Positions 42,956-54,779 of a stretch of DNA of 64,000 nucleotides are shown one piece after another. The DNA is from Octopus vulgaris (taxonomy: Eukaryota): positions 27,094,001 to 27,158,000 of the forward strand of contig OX597826.1 in the NCBI GenBank assembly GCA_951406725.2, in the 5' to 3' direction. A program made the translations under genes and the position numbers. Position 1 is the first letter of the stretch, and each line of letters opens with the position of its first letter. Under the pieces are notes generated by a model. It searched no databases and was not told where the DNA came from. It worked only from the letters and a program-made list of their open reading frames with translations.

Positions 42956-43234
42956 ATAACTATCAACACAAACACCATTACTCAAACCGCCACCACCACC
43001 AGAACTGTACCGCTACCATCACCAACACCACCACCACATCAACAACAACAGCAACTGCCACACCAAACAAAAACAACTCCAGTATCACCAGTAAAACAAA
43101 CATCACTACCCCTAAACTGTATCACTGTAGAAACCAACAACATCGCCGTCTTCACCACTACCACCACCACCACAACCACCGCCGCCGCCACCAACATGAC
43201 CACCACCAACACCACCAACACCACCACCACCACC

Positions 43235-43271
<37 letters not shown>

Positions 43272-43876
43272 GCACCACCACCTCCACAACAACATCAAAC
43301 AAGAACAACTACAATGGATTGCCTGCCGAGAATTTCACTAGAATTTGAAACATTACCGTTGTAACTATCATCTTGAACAACACACAGTCACCACCACCAC
43401 CATCATAACCACCACCATCACCGCCGCCATCACCGCCGCCATCACCGCCGCCATCACCGCCACCGCTATCAACGTCACCACACCACCATGATCACCACTA
43501 ATAACACTGCTATCGCTACAATCACGACTACCAACCCTACTGCCAACACTCTATCACCACCCTTATTACCATTACCACCAGCACCACCTTCACGACCAGC
43601 ACCACCTTCCCCACCGGCACTGCCACTAGCACCGTCACGAACACCGTCATCATCATCACCACCACCACCACCACCACCACCACCACCACCACCACCACCG
43701 CTCTCACCAAAACCACCATCTACGATGACAACAACTACAACAAGAAAAGCGACATCGCCATGCTGTCACCAAAAGTCCCTTCCTGAGATCGGACAGGCTT
43801 ACTTCCATTCCAACTCACTGGCATCGAACACTAACCTACCCGTTTTCTACCCGCTCACTCACAAACAAGGGAAGGA

Positions 43877-43937
<61 letters not shown>

Positions 43938-44734
43938 CTTTGTGAGTCACCGATCTGCAGCGTCAGAATGTTCGGCAATCGGCGGCAACGGCAGCAGCGG
44001 GCTGAGCTGGGGTGACTGATGAAGGAAGGCGGTCGAAGTATTAATGACACTCATGATTAATGGAAAGAGGGAGAGAAAGGAGTAGAAAGAGAGAGAAAGA
44101 GACAGTCAGACAGACAGACTGACAAACAGATCAACAGATCCAAACACGTCGGCGTACGCATGCGCACGCATATATGTACGCATGTGCAAGCTCTAACAAC
44201 ATGGACGGACAGATGTACGGACAGACGAGTGGATTGCTGCGTGGTCTACAGAGACCTATAGAAATGGATTGGAACAAACGATGTATGCATATATGTATAA
44301 TATGTATGTAAGTATGTATGTATGTACGTACGTATGCAAATATGTATGTAAGTAGTTAGGTCGGTAGGTGCGTATGTATGTCCGTATGTCTGTCTGTATG
44401 TTTGTATGTCTGTCTATACGCATGTATGGAAGCATGTATGCGTCTATGTATGCATGCATGCATGTATGCATGTGTATATATATATACAGATATATGAGTA
44501 CGCATGGAAGTATGCGCGCGCGTCTTAGCGTACGTATTTTTGTACGTGCGTACTCATGTATCTATGCCCGTAAATTGTAATAAACACACTCAAAGATATA
44601 CATAATTAGATAAATATAGATGGACAAGCAAATAAACATGTTTGTGTGTGTGTGTGGTGTGTGTGTGTGTGTTTGTGTTTGTGTGTGTGTGTATTTGAGT
44701 TTTTGTTAAAGAATGAATTCAAAGGGTTTTCAAA

Positions 44735-45015
44735 TCGGGTGCCTCTACATTAAGAGTAAGCCCCTACCTGAGGTTACCGTGGTCTTTTCCGTAGGCTTTT
44801 CTTTCCACGGATAAACCTAATCTTACTTTTTACAATTTTAAAACTCTTCGGTGATACACGATCCCTTTTGATCGTTTCTCCCCACTCCCCGATCCTTTGT
44901 AATCGGAATTTAAATTTTTTTCTTATCTCCACCTTTTTTTCCTTTTCGAAAAGAAAAGCTCTACATTTGTATGTGTCCCCTCTGTGTTCAGCCCTGTGTG
45001 GTCAATAATGAAAGT
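44735..45015 (+). mobile_element. Probable LINE 3' UTR fragment (possibly Tx1/L1-like)
   Basis: Non-coding, with hairpins (CCGTGG..CCACGG). Ends TGTCCCCTCTGTGTTCAGCCCTGTGTGGTCAATAATGAAA, matching the family-B SINE tail. The clade assignment is inference. Confidence 0.45.
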
Positions 45016-45089
45016 TATAATAGAAGTTAAAATGTCTGAGACCTTACATCGAATACATACGCGCGTGCACATATGTTTACAATATACAT

Positions 45090-45250
45090 ATTCTTTTATT
45101 TGTTTCAGTCATTTGACTGCGGCCATGCTGGAGCACCGCCTTTAGTCGAACAAATCGTCCCCAGGACTTATTTTTGTAAGCCTAGTGCTTATTTCGCCGA
45201 CCCCACGGCGACGTAAACACACCAGCATCGGTTGTCAAGCGATGGTGGGT
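45090..45250 (-). mobile_element. SINE family A tail fragment
   Basis: GTTTCAGTCATTTGACTGCGGCCATGCTGGAGCACCGCC... Confidence 0.8.
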
Positions 45251-45539
45251 TTACCTTCTCCGAACACATGCATTAGTTATCGATTCTGCTCTAGTTCCTC
45301 TGACAATGATGTCACTGAATGTAAGGAGGTTGAAGAAAAGAAAAAGGACGGACAGTGATGGGTACATAAACAAGCAGAAGTAAATCCAGCAACTAATAGA
45401 AAGCTAAAGAGTGAGACAGTGAGAATGGAAGGCGAAAAGAGGAATATTCCGGAATATTGGGAGCAAAGATGAAGCATGGCTGAAAGGATAGACTTATATG
45501 GTATTGAATAGACAAACCGAGTGATCAATTGTCAGGTAA

Positions 45540-45579
<40 letters not shown>

Positions 45580-46717
45580 TAAATTGTTTGAACAAATATA
45601 AATAACACAAGGGTAGGCATATTTTTATCATATATAGATGCTGGGTTGAATCGAAGCTACATGGGAAGTGATCGACACGATCTGTACTCTCCTAGATATA
45701 GCAACGAAATCTCTGTAAAATCATATCTTTATATTTTTAAATTGGACACATTGGATACAGAAGCACTAGGAGCAATTCTGTAAATCTTGTGTCAGGAACA
45801 AGAAGTGAGGGACTTATTCAGAGCATTTTTGATCATAGGTCTATTTGATTTTTGATCATGGATGATTAACAATAACTGATGTTTAGAGTTGAAATGGTGA
45901 ACTGAGTAGTAGGAAAATGATGGCCTTAGGTTCATTCGAGCGGTCGGGATAAGCAAAAAATGAACGTTTAGTACTGCGAAATACAAAGAGACGTACGTTG
46001 ACATAGAATGTTTGAATAATATACGACCACCTAATGAATTAATCTGAAAGAGGGAGTGTGAGAAAAGTAGTAAGAAAGAATACGAGAAAGTGAATAAGAA
46101 AGGAGAAAGAGAGAGACAGAGATACTATCAAGAAATCACCCAGGTAAGCAACGTTGTACACCCTGACATACTGAAAAATGAGAATATTCGATAATACAGA
46201 CAGATTAATAACTGAAGACTATTACATACGCACGATGAAACAGTAGCATATTTATAAATCTATCAATCACTCAATCTTTGTATTAATCGATCGGTACGTA
46301 CACAAAGACACAGACACAAACAGATAGACAGACAAACACATACACATATACACACGCGCGCGCATTCGCACACAGATATCTATACGAGTGGGTGAACAAA
46401 CGAAAGAAAGTAACGCTCATCATATTCGTTTGAAGATAAGTTTAATAACAGTTTGAATCATCACCACAGTAAAATCTTTAATAGGCTCAGACTACGTACG
46501 TTCACCACGTCCAACATTTGTGGAGTTGAGTCAAGCTACTATTACATTCTGCGGAGTAGATAAAACAAGGGACAACTGATGAGGGGAATATTCTTTATGT
46601 TGCCTGTCTCGTTTCACTATTTGTTTCTTTCGTTGTTCGAAAAAATGTTCGTTTTTTGTTCTTTATGCTCTCGTTTCTCATTTTTTCTACGTTTTTATGT
46701 CCTGTACTCATATATGC

Positions 46718-46781
<64 letters not shown>

Positions 46782-46886
46782 CCGGATGTATTATATGTAA
46801 ACTTCCCCATGTGCTTCGTTGGAGTGGAACAGATGGCTGTTCGGCTTTGGCGGTACAGGTCGTTTATTTATGATATGTTCAGAATC

Positions 46887-46948
46887 AGTCTTGCTGATGA
46901 GTACGGTCGCAACTGCGGTAAGTACGAAATCACAGGTGATACAAGACT
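46887..46948 (+). ncRNA. Canonical type I hammerhead ribozyme
   Basis: AGTCTTG-CTGATGA-GTAC(ggTCGCAacTGCGGtaa)GTAC-GAAA-TCAC-ag-GTGA-TA-CAAGACT. Perfect 7-bp helix I (extends via GAAT/ATTC), perfect helix II and III, all core nucleotides canonical, AUA site (cut after 46941). Confidence 0.9.
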
Positions 46949-47065
46949 AAATTCATTTTTTTAAATGTCTTGCTTTGAAAAATTGCATTGGGTATGATTA
47001 GTAAAATTTTTGGTAGAAATGACTAATGTCCCTCTTAGCGTGTGGCATGTATGTATAATAATGCC

Positions 47066-47974
47066 CTATTCGCTGATGACACTAAACTCCAGCAAATCGT
47101 CAATGAAGAAGCAGACCGAACTCAACTCCAGTCTGACCTATATGCTGTGAGTCAATGGGCAGACAGAAACAAAATGCAACTGAATGAGGGAAAATTTGAG
47201 CTGATGCATTTTGGAAGAAATTCCTCACTAAAACAACCATACTCTCTTCCTTCAGGGGAACCGCTCACAGCCTCTAACAATATCAGAGACCTGGGTGTAA
47301 TTGTTGATGACGATCTCAGTTGGAGTGCACACATCAACAAGAAGGTCGATACAGCTCGTAGGATGAGTTCCTGGATCTTAAGAACTTTCCGGTCCAGAGA
47401 ACAAGGTGTCATCATACCACTTTTTTCATCCTTTGTACGGCCACACCTTGAATACTGCTGCCCACTGTGGTCTCCTCACACAAGACAAAACATCTCCAGA
47501 ATTGAGTCACCCCAGAGGGCTCTCACTAAACAAATTGAAGGCATGGCTGCTCTCGACTATTGGGATCGCCTTAAAGCCTTGAAACTTTACTCCCTCCAGC
47601 GTCGCCGTGAGCGGTGCATCATTTGTACGATGTGGAAAATATACCGCCAACTTTGCCCAAACGACCTAAACATTAGCTTCAAGGTTCATCCGAGACTTGG
47701 ACCACGGGCTATACGTCCCCTACCAAATTCAAGATCACAACATACATGTACACTGCAACATAATTTCTTTTCCTCAACAGGCCCTGCCCTATTTAACATT
47801 GTCCCGAGGGAGATCAAAGAGGAAAAGGATCCCATCAACTTCAAACAGAGTCTGGATAGATTCCTTCAAAGAATACCAGACAAGCCACCCATAATTGGAT
47901 ACAACTCACCCAACAAGAACTCACTACTTGAACAAAACTGGATACAACTCACCCAACAAGAACTCACTACTTGA
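47066..47974 (+). CDS. CR1-clade LINE ORF2, 5'-truncated C-terminal part (RT motif FADD onward); not a functional gene
   Basis: Open frame LFADDTKL..LQSDL..W....MQLNEGK..RDLGV..LSW..HI..VRPHLEYCCPLWSPH..IE..QR..RLKAL.LYSLQRRRER. 3' UTR to ~48087 ending in (TATCTAAGTTT)2. Confidence 0.92.
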   Translation, partial: LFADDTKLQQIVNEEADRTQLQSDLYAVSQWADRNKMQLNEGKFELMHFGRNSSLKQPYSLPSGEPLTASNNIRDLGVIVDDDLSWSAHINKKVDTARRMSSWILRTFRSREQGVIIPLFSSFVRPHLEYCCPLWSPHTRQNISRIESPQRALTKQIEGMAALDYWDRLKALKLYSLQRRRERCIICTMWKIYRQLCPNDLNISFKVHPRLGPRAIRPLPNSRSQHTCTLQHNFFSSTGPALFNIVPREIKEEKDPINFKQSLDRFLQRIPDKPPIIGYNSPNKNSLLEQNWIQLTQQELTT

Positions 47975-48091
47975 ACAAAACTTGACTTAAACAGGATTCG
48001 AATAATCCTATCAGGTGGTGCTATTAAGTTAGACATGGCCTGGACCAATCTCTGGTCGAAACATATCTAAGTTTTATCTAAGTTTTATATA

Positions 48092-48159
<68 letters not shown>

Positions 48160-48162
48160 AAC

Positions 48163-48218
<56 letters not shown>

Positions 48219-48219
48219 T

Positions 48220-48271
<52 letters not shown>

Positions 48272-48278
<7 letters not shown>

Positions 48279-48645
48279 GGCAGTTTGTCTGTGCGTGTTT
48301 CTGTGTGTCTGTTTTCTCGTACCCTCACTCTGACCACGGCTTTCAACCGATTCTGATGAAACTTGATACACACATAGCCCAATGTCATAATTCAAAACTA
48401 ACGCAGCGAAAATTTTGAAAAGTTCCCCCAGTTCTGAAAAAAATCGATAAATTCGACATGGGGTCGAGAATTAGAAACCCAAACCACAGACCGTCTAGGG
48501 GACGCAACTCTACCTTTTTTAACTCTCAAAAAAATTTACCATCATTTTTTTTCCATTTTTTTGCTATTTTTTGGCTATAACTCTCTAAAAATGCTTTATA
48601 GTTATTTCCCTTACAAACCTGAGCAACGCCGGGCGATACTGCTAG
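48272..48645 (+). mobile_element. Non-autonomous Helitron-like element
   Basis: 5' GTTTGTCTGT microsatellite-like run and CCGATTCTGATGAAACTTG motif; 3' GC hairpin CCTGAGCAACGCCGGG followed by CTAG|T. Confidence 0.75.
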
Positions 48646-48668
48646 TATATATATATATGTATGTATGT

Positions 48669-48942
48669 GGAGGCGCACTGACCCAGGGGTTAGGGCAGCG
48701 GACTCGCGGTTTCGATTCCCAGACCGGGCGTTGTGTGTGTTTATTGAGCGAAAACGCCTAAAAAAAAAGCTCCACGAGGCTCCGGCAGGGGGTGGTGATC
48801 CCTGCTGTACTCTTTCACCACTCCTCCTTTCACTCTTTCTTCTGTTGGCCTGCTCGTTTAGCCATTCGAAGGCTAAAACAATGCGAATGCATTGTGACCA
48901 GCGATGTGTAGCAACATCTGATGGTCTGGTCGGTCACGTGAT

Positions 48943-48950
<8 letters not shown>
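48669..48950 (+). mobile_element. tRNA-derived SINE (family D)
   Basis: GGAGGCGCA..CAGGGGTTAGGGC A-box, GTTTCGATTCC B box, tail ends (TCACGTGA)2. Confidence 0.7.
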
Positions 48951-48989
<39 letters not shown>

Positions 48990-49053
48990 CACATATATAT
49001 ATGTAGCTATGTACATATATGTGTGTATATACGCATATATTTATATTTTGTAT

Positions 49054-49130
<77 letters not shown>

Positions 49131-49204
49131 CACACATATATATATATATATGTAGCTATGTACATATATGTGTGTATATATCATATATTTATATTTTGCA
49201 TTAT

Positions 49205-49242
<38 letters not shown>

Positions 49243-49247
<5 letters not shown>

Positions 49248-49710
49248 ATACAAAGTATGGAGTTTATTTCACAGGTGATCTAAATGTTTAGGTACACCAG
49301 GTAAGTGCTGTAAAGGATTATTGGAGCTCTAAGTTTATAGCCGAGACGGTAGTTATGGAACCATTGCCTAATTCCGATGCAGCGGAGATATAGTTGCTAA
49401 AGAGGACAATAACCATGAAGCAAGGCAAACACCTCAAGTCATATACAATACTGGTATTGGAAAATAATTCAAAGTCTTACAGCTGTTTCTAGGATACACC
49501 CGATAATGGGATATTCGGTCCTCAGAGACAAATAGGGAAAAATAAGGAAAATTAGTATATACCATTCTCATTTCCCCTATTTTCCCCTATTTGTCTTTGT
49601 TGATGGAATATATCATACTCGAGGATATCTGAGAAACAGCTGTAAGACTTTGAATTTTTCCCAATATTAATATTAATACGACTTGAAACGTTTGCCCTGC
49701 CTTAATGCTT
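49243..49710. mobile_element. Fold-back hammerhead element, second copy of the 26105-26828 family
   Basis: Inversion centre ~49556-49563. Arms 49415-49555 / 49565-49710. The minus arm continues to AATAAA and (TA)n at 49243. The plus-arm HHR at 49593-49648 has a decayed core (TTGTTGA). Confidence 0.85.
49474..49529 (-). ncRNA. Type I hammerhead ribozyme motif
   Basis: GTCT-CTGAGGA-(ccGAATATCCCattatcGGGTGTATCcta)-GAAA-CAGCTG-TA-AGAC; canonical CUGANGA core. Confidence 0.75.
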
Positions 49711-50022
49711 ATTGGGTGGCAAAACATTTTTAGATAGAAAAATTCTAATGCTGATCGTGGGACTCGAACACATATCTCCTGTACAGATGACAGACGTTCA
49801 ACTACTGTATCAGAGCAATCATACGAATTTCGATATCGATTTTAACAACTTTATTCTCTCCAATGAAATGTATATATATATATATCTTTATACACACATA
49901 TACACACACACATATAAATCAATAGATAGAGACAGATAATTAAATAGACATCATTATAGACCTCTCCCACACTCCCACTCGCTCTCACTCTTTTCTCTCT
50001 CTCTCAGTATATGTTTGTGTTT

Positions 50023-50068
<46 letters not shown>

Positions 50069-50140
50069 GTGCGAGTATCCATAGCTATATCTCTCTGTCT
50101 GTCTGTCTATAAATCAATCTATCAATCTATCTATCTATCC

Positions 50141-50199
<59 letters not shown>

Positions 50200-50217
50200 A
50201 TTCTATCTATCTATAAT

Positions 50218-50329
<112 letters not shown>

Positions 50330-50331
50330 CC

Positions 50332-50382
<51 letters not shown>

Positions 50383-50620
50383 TTGCAAGTCTCTTTTTTT
50401 TATCTATATCATGGATGTGTCATTCTCTGCCTGTCCTCATACTCATCAAGCTTCCTATGCAATGTCTTCCCAAACTAACAACTTCCACCCCCACCACCAT
50501 GTCCGGCCGTTCGTCCTTTCGGCTAGGTTGTTATTTCAAAATATAATATAATATAATATATACAATGCTATTGGAGCAACAACAACAACAGTAATAATAG
50601 CAACAACAACAATAATATTA

Positions 50621-50720
<100 letters not shown>

Positions 50721-50834
50721 TGATGATGATGATGATTACAACAACAACAATAATAATAATAATGATACTGAAATATAACTAAAAATATAAATAAAGCAAA
50801 GCAAATGTAGTCACTGGTAAAGTCATCTACGGCT

Positions 50835-50955
<121 letters not shown>

Positions 50956-51185
50956 GTATGTATATCTATATATATATATATATATATGTGTATGTGTGTG
51001 TGTATGAAAGAAAACAAGGTTGTAGGGAAGGATACACGCGCACTCGTAACCATGCTCACGCATACACACACACACATACGAGTGCACACGACTATACAAT
51101 AAGTCAGATAGACGGAGAGACAGATGGAGAGATAGATTGCTTTTCCAGAAGAAGATTAGATATACAGACATCCGGGAGACCTAGG

Positions 51186-51216
<31 letters not shown>

Positions 51217-51546
51217 TACAAACACACACATATAAATACACACAAAACACTCAATTATATATATATGCACACACACTGAGATATATACATACACATACAC
51301 ACACAGACACATGGCAATATACAGTGACAGATTAAAGAAGCAACGAACATAATTATTTTAATTAAATTGCTATGCACTGAAAGATACAGTGACTTCGGTG
51401 TGAATCAGAGAGAGTCGGTGGTATACGGAGGAAGCTTGGGGAAAGAAGTCGATGCATACGCTTATGTGTATATACACATGTATTTATTCATATAACTACA
51501 TACAAAGATATATACATATGTATACATACATACATACATGCATACA

Positions 51547-51656
<110 letters not shown>

Positions 51657-51660
51657 GTCC

Positions 51661-51752
51661 ACCCGCATAGCTCAGTCGATAGAGCATCAGACTTTTATAG
51701 GTCAACCTTAGCAGTAATCTGAGGGTCACGGGATCGAGTCCCTCTGAGGGCG
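51661..51752 (+). tRNA. tRNA-Lys(UUU) with 19-nt intron (51698-51716), probable pseudogene
   Basis: ACCCGCATAGCTCAGTCGATAGAGCATCAGACTTTTA-[TAGGTCAACCTTAGCAGTA]-ATCTGAGGGTCACGGGATCGAGTCCCTCTGAGGGCG. Anticodon TTT 51694-51696, intron at 37/38, T5 terminator at 51760-51764. Two acceptor-stem mismatches, GG->GA in the D loop, and A at position 54. Confidence 0.88.
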
Positions 51753-51764
51753 AGTACTCTTTTT

Positions 51765-51938
51765 AGGCGCAGAAGTGGCTGTGTAGTAAGTTGCTTGCTT
51801 ACCACCCACATGTTTCTGGGTTCAGTCCCACTGCGTTGCGTGGTACATTGGGCAAGTAAGTGTCTTCTACTATAGTCTCGGGCCGACCAAATCCTTGTGA
51901 GTGGATTTAGTAGACGGAAACTGAAAGAAGCCCGTCGT

Positions 51939-52007
<69 letters not shown>

Positions 52008-52220
52008 GTTTGTGTGTCTGTTTGTCCCCTCAACATCGCTTGACAGCCAATGCTAGTGTGTTTACGTCCCCGTAACTTAGTGGTTCGGCAAAAGTGACCG
52101 ATAGAATAAGTACTAGGCTTACAAAGAATAAGTCCTGGTGTCGATTTGCTCGAGTAAAGGCGGTGCTCCAGCATGGCCACAGTCAAATGACTGAAACAAA
52201 TAGAAGAATAACAGAATAAC
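51765..52220 (+). mobile_element. SINE family A, full length
   Basis: AGGCGCAGAAGTGGCTGTGTAGTAAG A box, GGGTTCAGTCCC B box, internal (TA)n, tail CCAGCATGGCCACAGTCAAATGACTGAAAC. Confidence 0.9.
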
Positions 52221-52412
52221 AGAATATATATAAGGAAGTACAGATACATAATCATACATTCAACCGAACATGCGTTCACACATAATATATGCAAAGATGT
52301 ACATGCGTAGATAAATGTAAAACCGCGTAGAAAAACATCCATATACATCCAGATACTTACATGGGAATACGTCAGAACACCTACAAATATGCATACATTT
52401 AACATACACACC

Positions 52413-52482
<70 letters not shown>

Positions 52483-52629
52483 AGGGAATTCAATTATCCG
52501 CGCTAAGGCACGGTTGCGACACCCCATGGTCGTAACCTCAACCGTGCTTTTTCTGTTGTGATTTTTGCTACCCAGGTATCGGTTAAATTTTGAATAATCC
52601 GTAACAAGATAATTCATTTATCCATTTCA

Positions 52630-52687
<58 letters not shown>

Positions 52688-52807
52688 GTAAATGTTTTAT
52701 ATATACATGTATGTATAATGTATATAGAAAAATATCTATCTTGACATACACTCACATACGTACAGACACACACATTCATACATGCACATGTGTCTGTGTG
52801 TATGGTG

Positions 52808-52889
<82 letters not shown>

Positions 52890-52943
52890 CCTACATACAT
52901 ACATACATACATACATACGTACGTACGTACATATATACATACT

Positions 52944-52981
<38 letters not shown>

Positions 52982-54119
52982 TTAGAAAAAAATAAATAAA
53001 CAAATGAATAAAGCACTAAAAGAGAATAATTCTCCCACTCTCTCTATATATACATGCACACATAGATACAGATATACACATATACAAAATCTCGCACACA
53101 CGTTGGTGGTAAGAAGCAGGCAGCCATAGCTGTATGTTGATGAAATTTCCTTTGCTACAAGTCGTATTTTTCTTTGATTCCCTAGTATGTCCAAAATGCC
53201 TTCGAAATTTACCCAAAGTTGATAAAAATGAAATATGAAGGATATTTTAAGGAAACCTGTCTTATGACTTGTGTTTGATTTAAGGCAATAGACACTGGAT
53301 ATGTTGCCTAGATTAACTCTACCGCCTGGCAGGGCTCTGGGCGCGTAGGATACTTGGAAATACCGAAAATTATTGGTATATCCTCTACTTCAGGAGCCGA
53401 CCAGAAAATTGGGAAACTTCTCTGTTTCCTACAACAGGCAAAGAATATGGAAGAAATGGAGCGCAATGATGGGTAACAGATGCTTGTTATCAGCAAGTAC
53501 TGCGAAAGATAAAAACTATACAATGTTTCAGGTAAACCAACGGAAATATGTTTGGTGTTATTCTTTCATTTCTTAATCGCATCGATGTTTAGTTTCTCTT
53601 TGTGCAATGGTAAAATTGTTAAAACAATTGAGGTAGTTACAGGATTATTTCGGAAGAAATTTTCATCAGATTGTCGAGGAGAATGACTCCAATTATAGAG
53701 AGAATGTCAAAGAAAGAATATGAATATAAATAAATAAACAAAACCCATTAAACACTCGTGAGACCAACTTTACGTAAGATAACACCGGAACGTGATTCCT
53801 TCATTAATTGCACCGATTCCAATATTGCTCACGCCTATTTCGAACGATTATATGAACTACGAAGCCAGTTGAAATACAGTTTCAGCAAAGGATCAGAGAT
53901 GCATTAAATCCAGATATGTCTCATTTGGCAATTTCTCACCATATTTCTTAAATATAACTTATGTTCGTCCTATTTATCCCGTGCTTTCAACTTATATAAC
54001 ATTTTCAATGTTATTCCTATATCGGCAACCAACTCATTAAGATGTAGATTTTTCTTGCCCAATCACATACGTTTTCTAACTTTCATGTTTAATATTTTAT
54101 TTTTATTTGTGAAATACAC

Positions 54120-54480
54120 CTAATAAAGAAAGCATCAACTCTATCATAAATATTATTGTTGTTCTCGGGGTTGTGAGTTTAATGAGGTTGAAAGGAGTGA
54201 GAGCAGGCATATTCCTTTTTGGTAGAGCGCTCATTAATATTTTCAAGTTTCGCACGAAAAAAGAAAATGAGGATAGAGGCAGAGGTGCTGTCCTTGAGTG
54301 AATTTGTTGTAAGGCAATTTAAATTAGCGAAAATAACAAGAGTGGATGGCAAAACTCGAGAGGTATCGACAAGTCTATACCTAGAGTGTTGGAGAACGGA
54401 TATTTGAGATGACTTTTGCATTCGGTGTTCAGGGAGATTTTTCGATAGCTGGACTCCTACACTAGACCTTGAAGTCCTCT
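54120..54480 (+). mobile_element. Possible Tx1/L1-like LINE ORF2 C-terminal relic
   Basis: Frameshifted translation MRLKGVRAGIFLFGRALINIFKF..KKKMRIEAEVLSLSEFVVR resembles the end of L1/Tx1-type ORF2; heavily decayed. Confidence 0.35.
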
Positions 54481-54542
54481 ATTAGGAAAATTGCACCACT
54501 TCTCCACCGACATCCCGATCATCATCATCATCGTCGTCGTCG

Positions 54543-54579
<37 letters not shown>

Positions 54580-54779
54580 TTCTTTTATTTATGCCGTGTG
54601 CCATGTATTCTCGCTTTCATTAGTTCTTGTGACTGCACCATTCATACATTTTTTTATTATTCCATTCTATGTGAATCGTCACACATTAGGTCTGTTTTTG
54701 TATTGTCCTCTTCATCTGTCATTCTTCTGGATAGTAATACAAACTATCACCATTATTATTATTGTTGTTATTACAACTA

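Noticed and set aside
41929-43269. 446-aa ORF (longest in the track)
   Set aside because: It runs through a SINE, a minisatellite and (ATC)n/(ACC)n tracts; low-complexity artefact. The same applies to the YI/CV/poly-amino-acid ORFs.
44014-44042. CTGATGAAGG..CGAAG as an HHR
   Set aside because: No GAAA and no pairing for helices I-III.
45293-45541. Exon-like segment ending in a perfect CAG|GTAAGT donor
   Set aside because: Stops in all three plus frames. It could only be non-coding or UTR, and there is no further support.
48035-48065. CTG-GACC..GGTC-GAAAC in the CR1 3' UTR as a hammerhead
   Set aside because: It lacks the ANGA part of the core and helices I/III; more likely the LINE 3' recognition stem-loop.
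48350-48366. CTGATGAAAC as an HHR core
   Set aside because: No helix II between CTGATGA and GAAA; part of the Helitron-like element body.
49748-49816. Minus-strand tRNA-like sequence (GTTCGAGTCCC)
   Set aside because: No convincing D arm or full cloverleaf; at most a decayed tRNA or SINE head.
53308-53535. Complex unique sequence with possible splice sites
   Set aside because: No frame gives a recognisable protein, and the splice-site pairing is ambiguous.
53635-53672. Minus-strand CTGATGA..GAAA
   Set aside because: Helix II and helix I do not pair.
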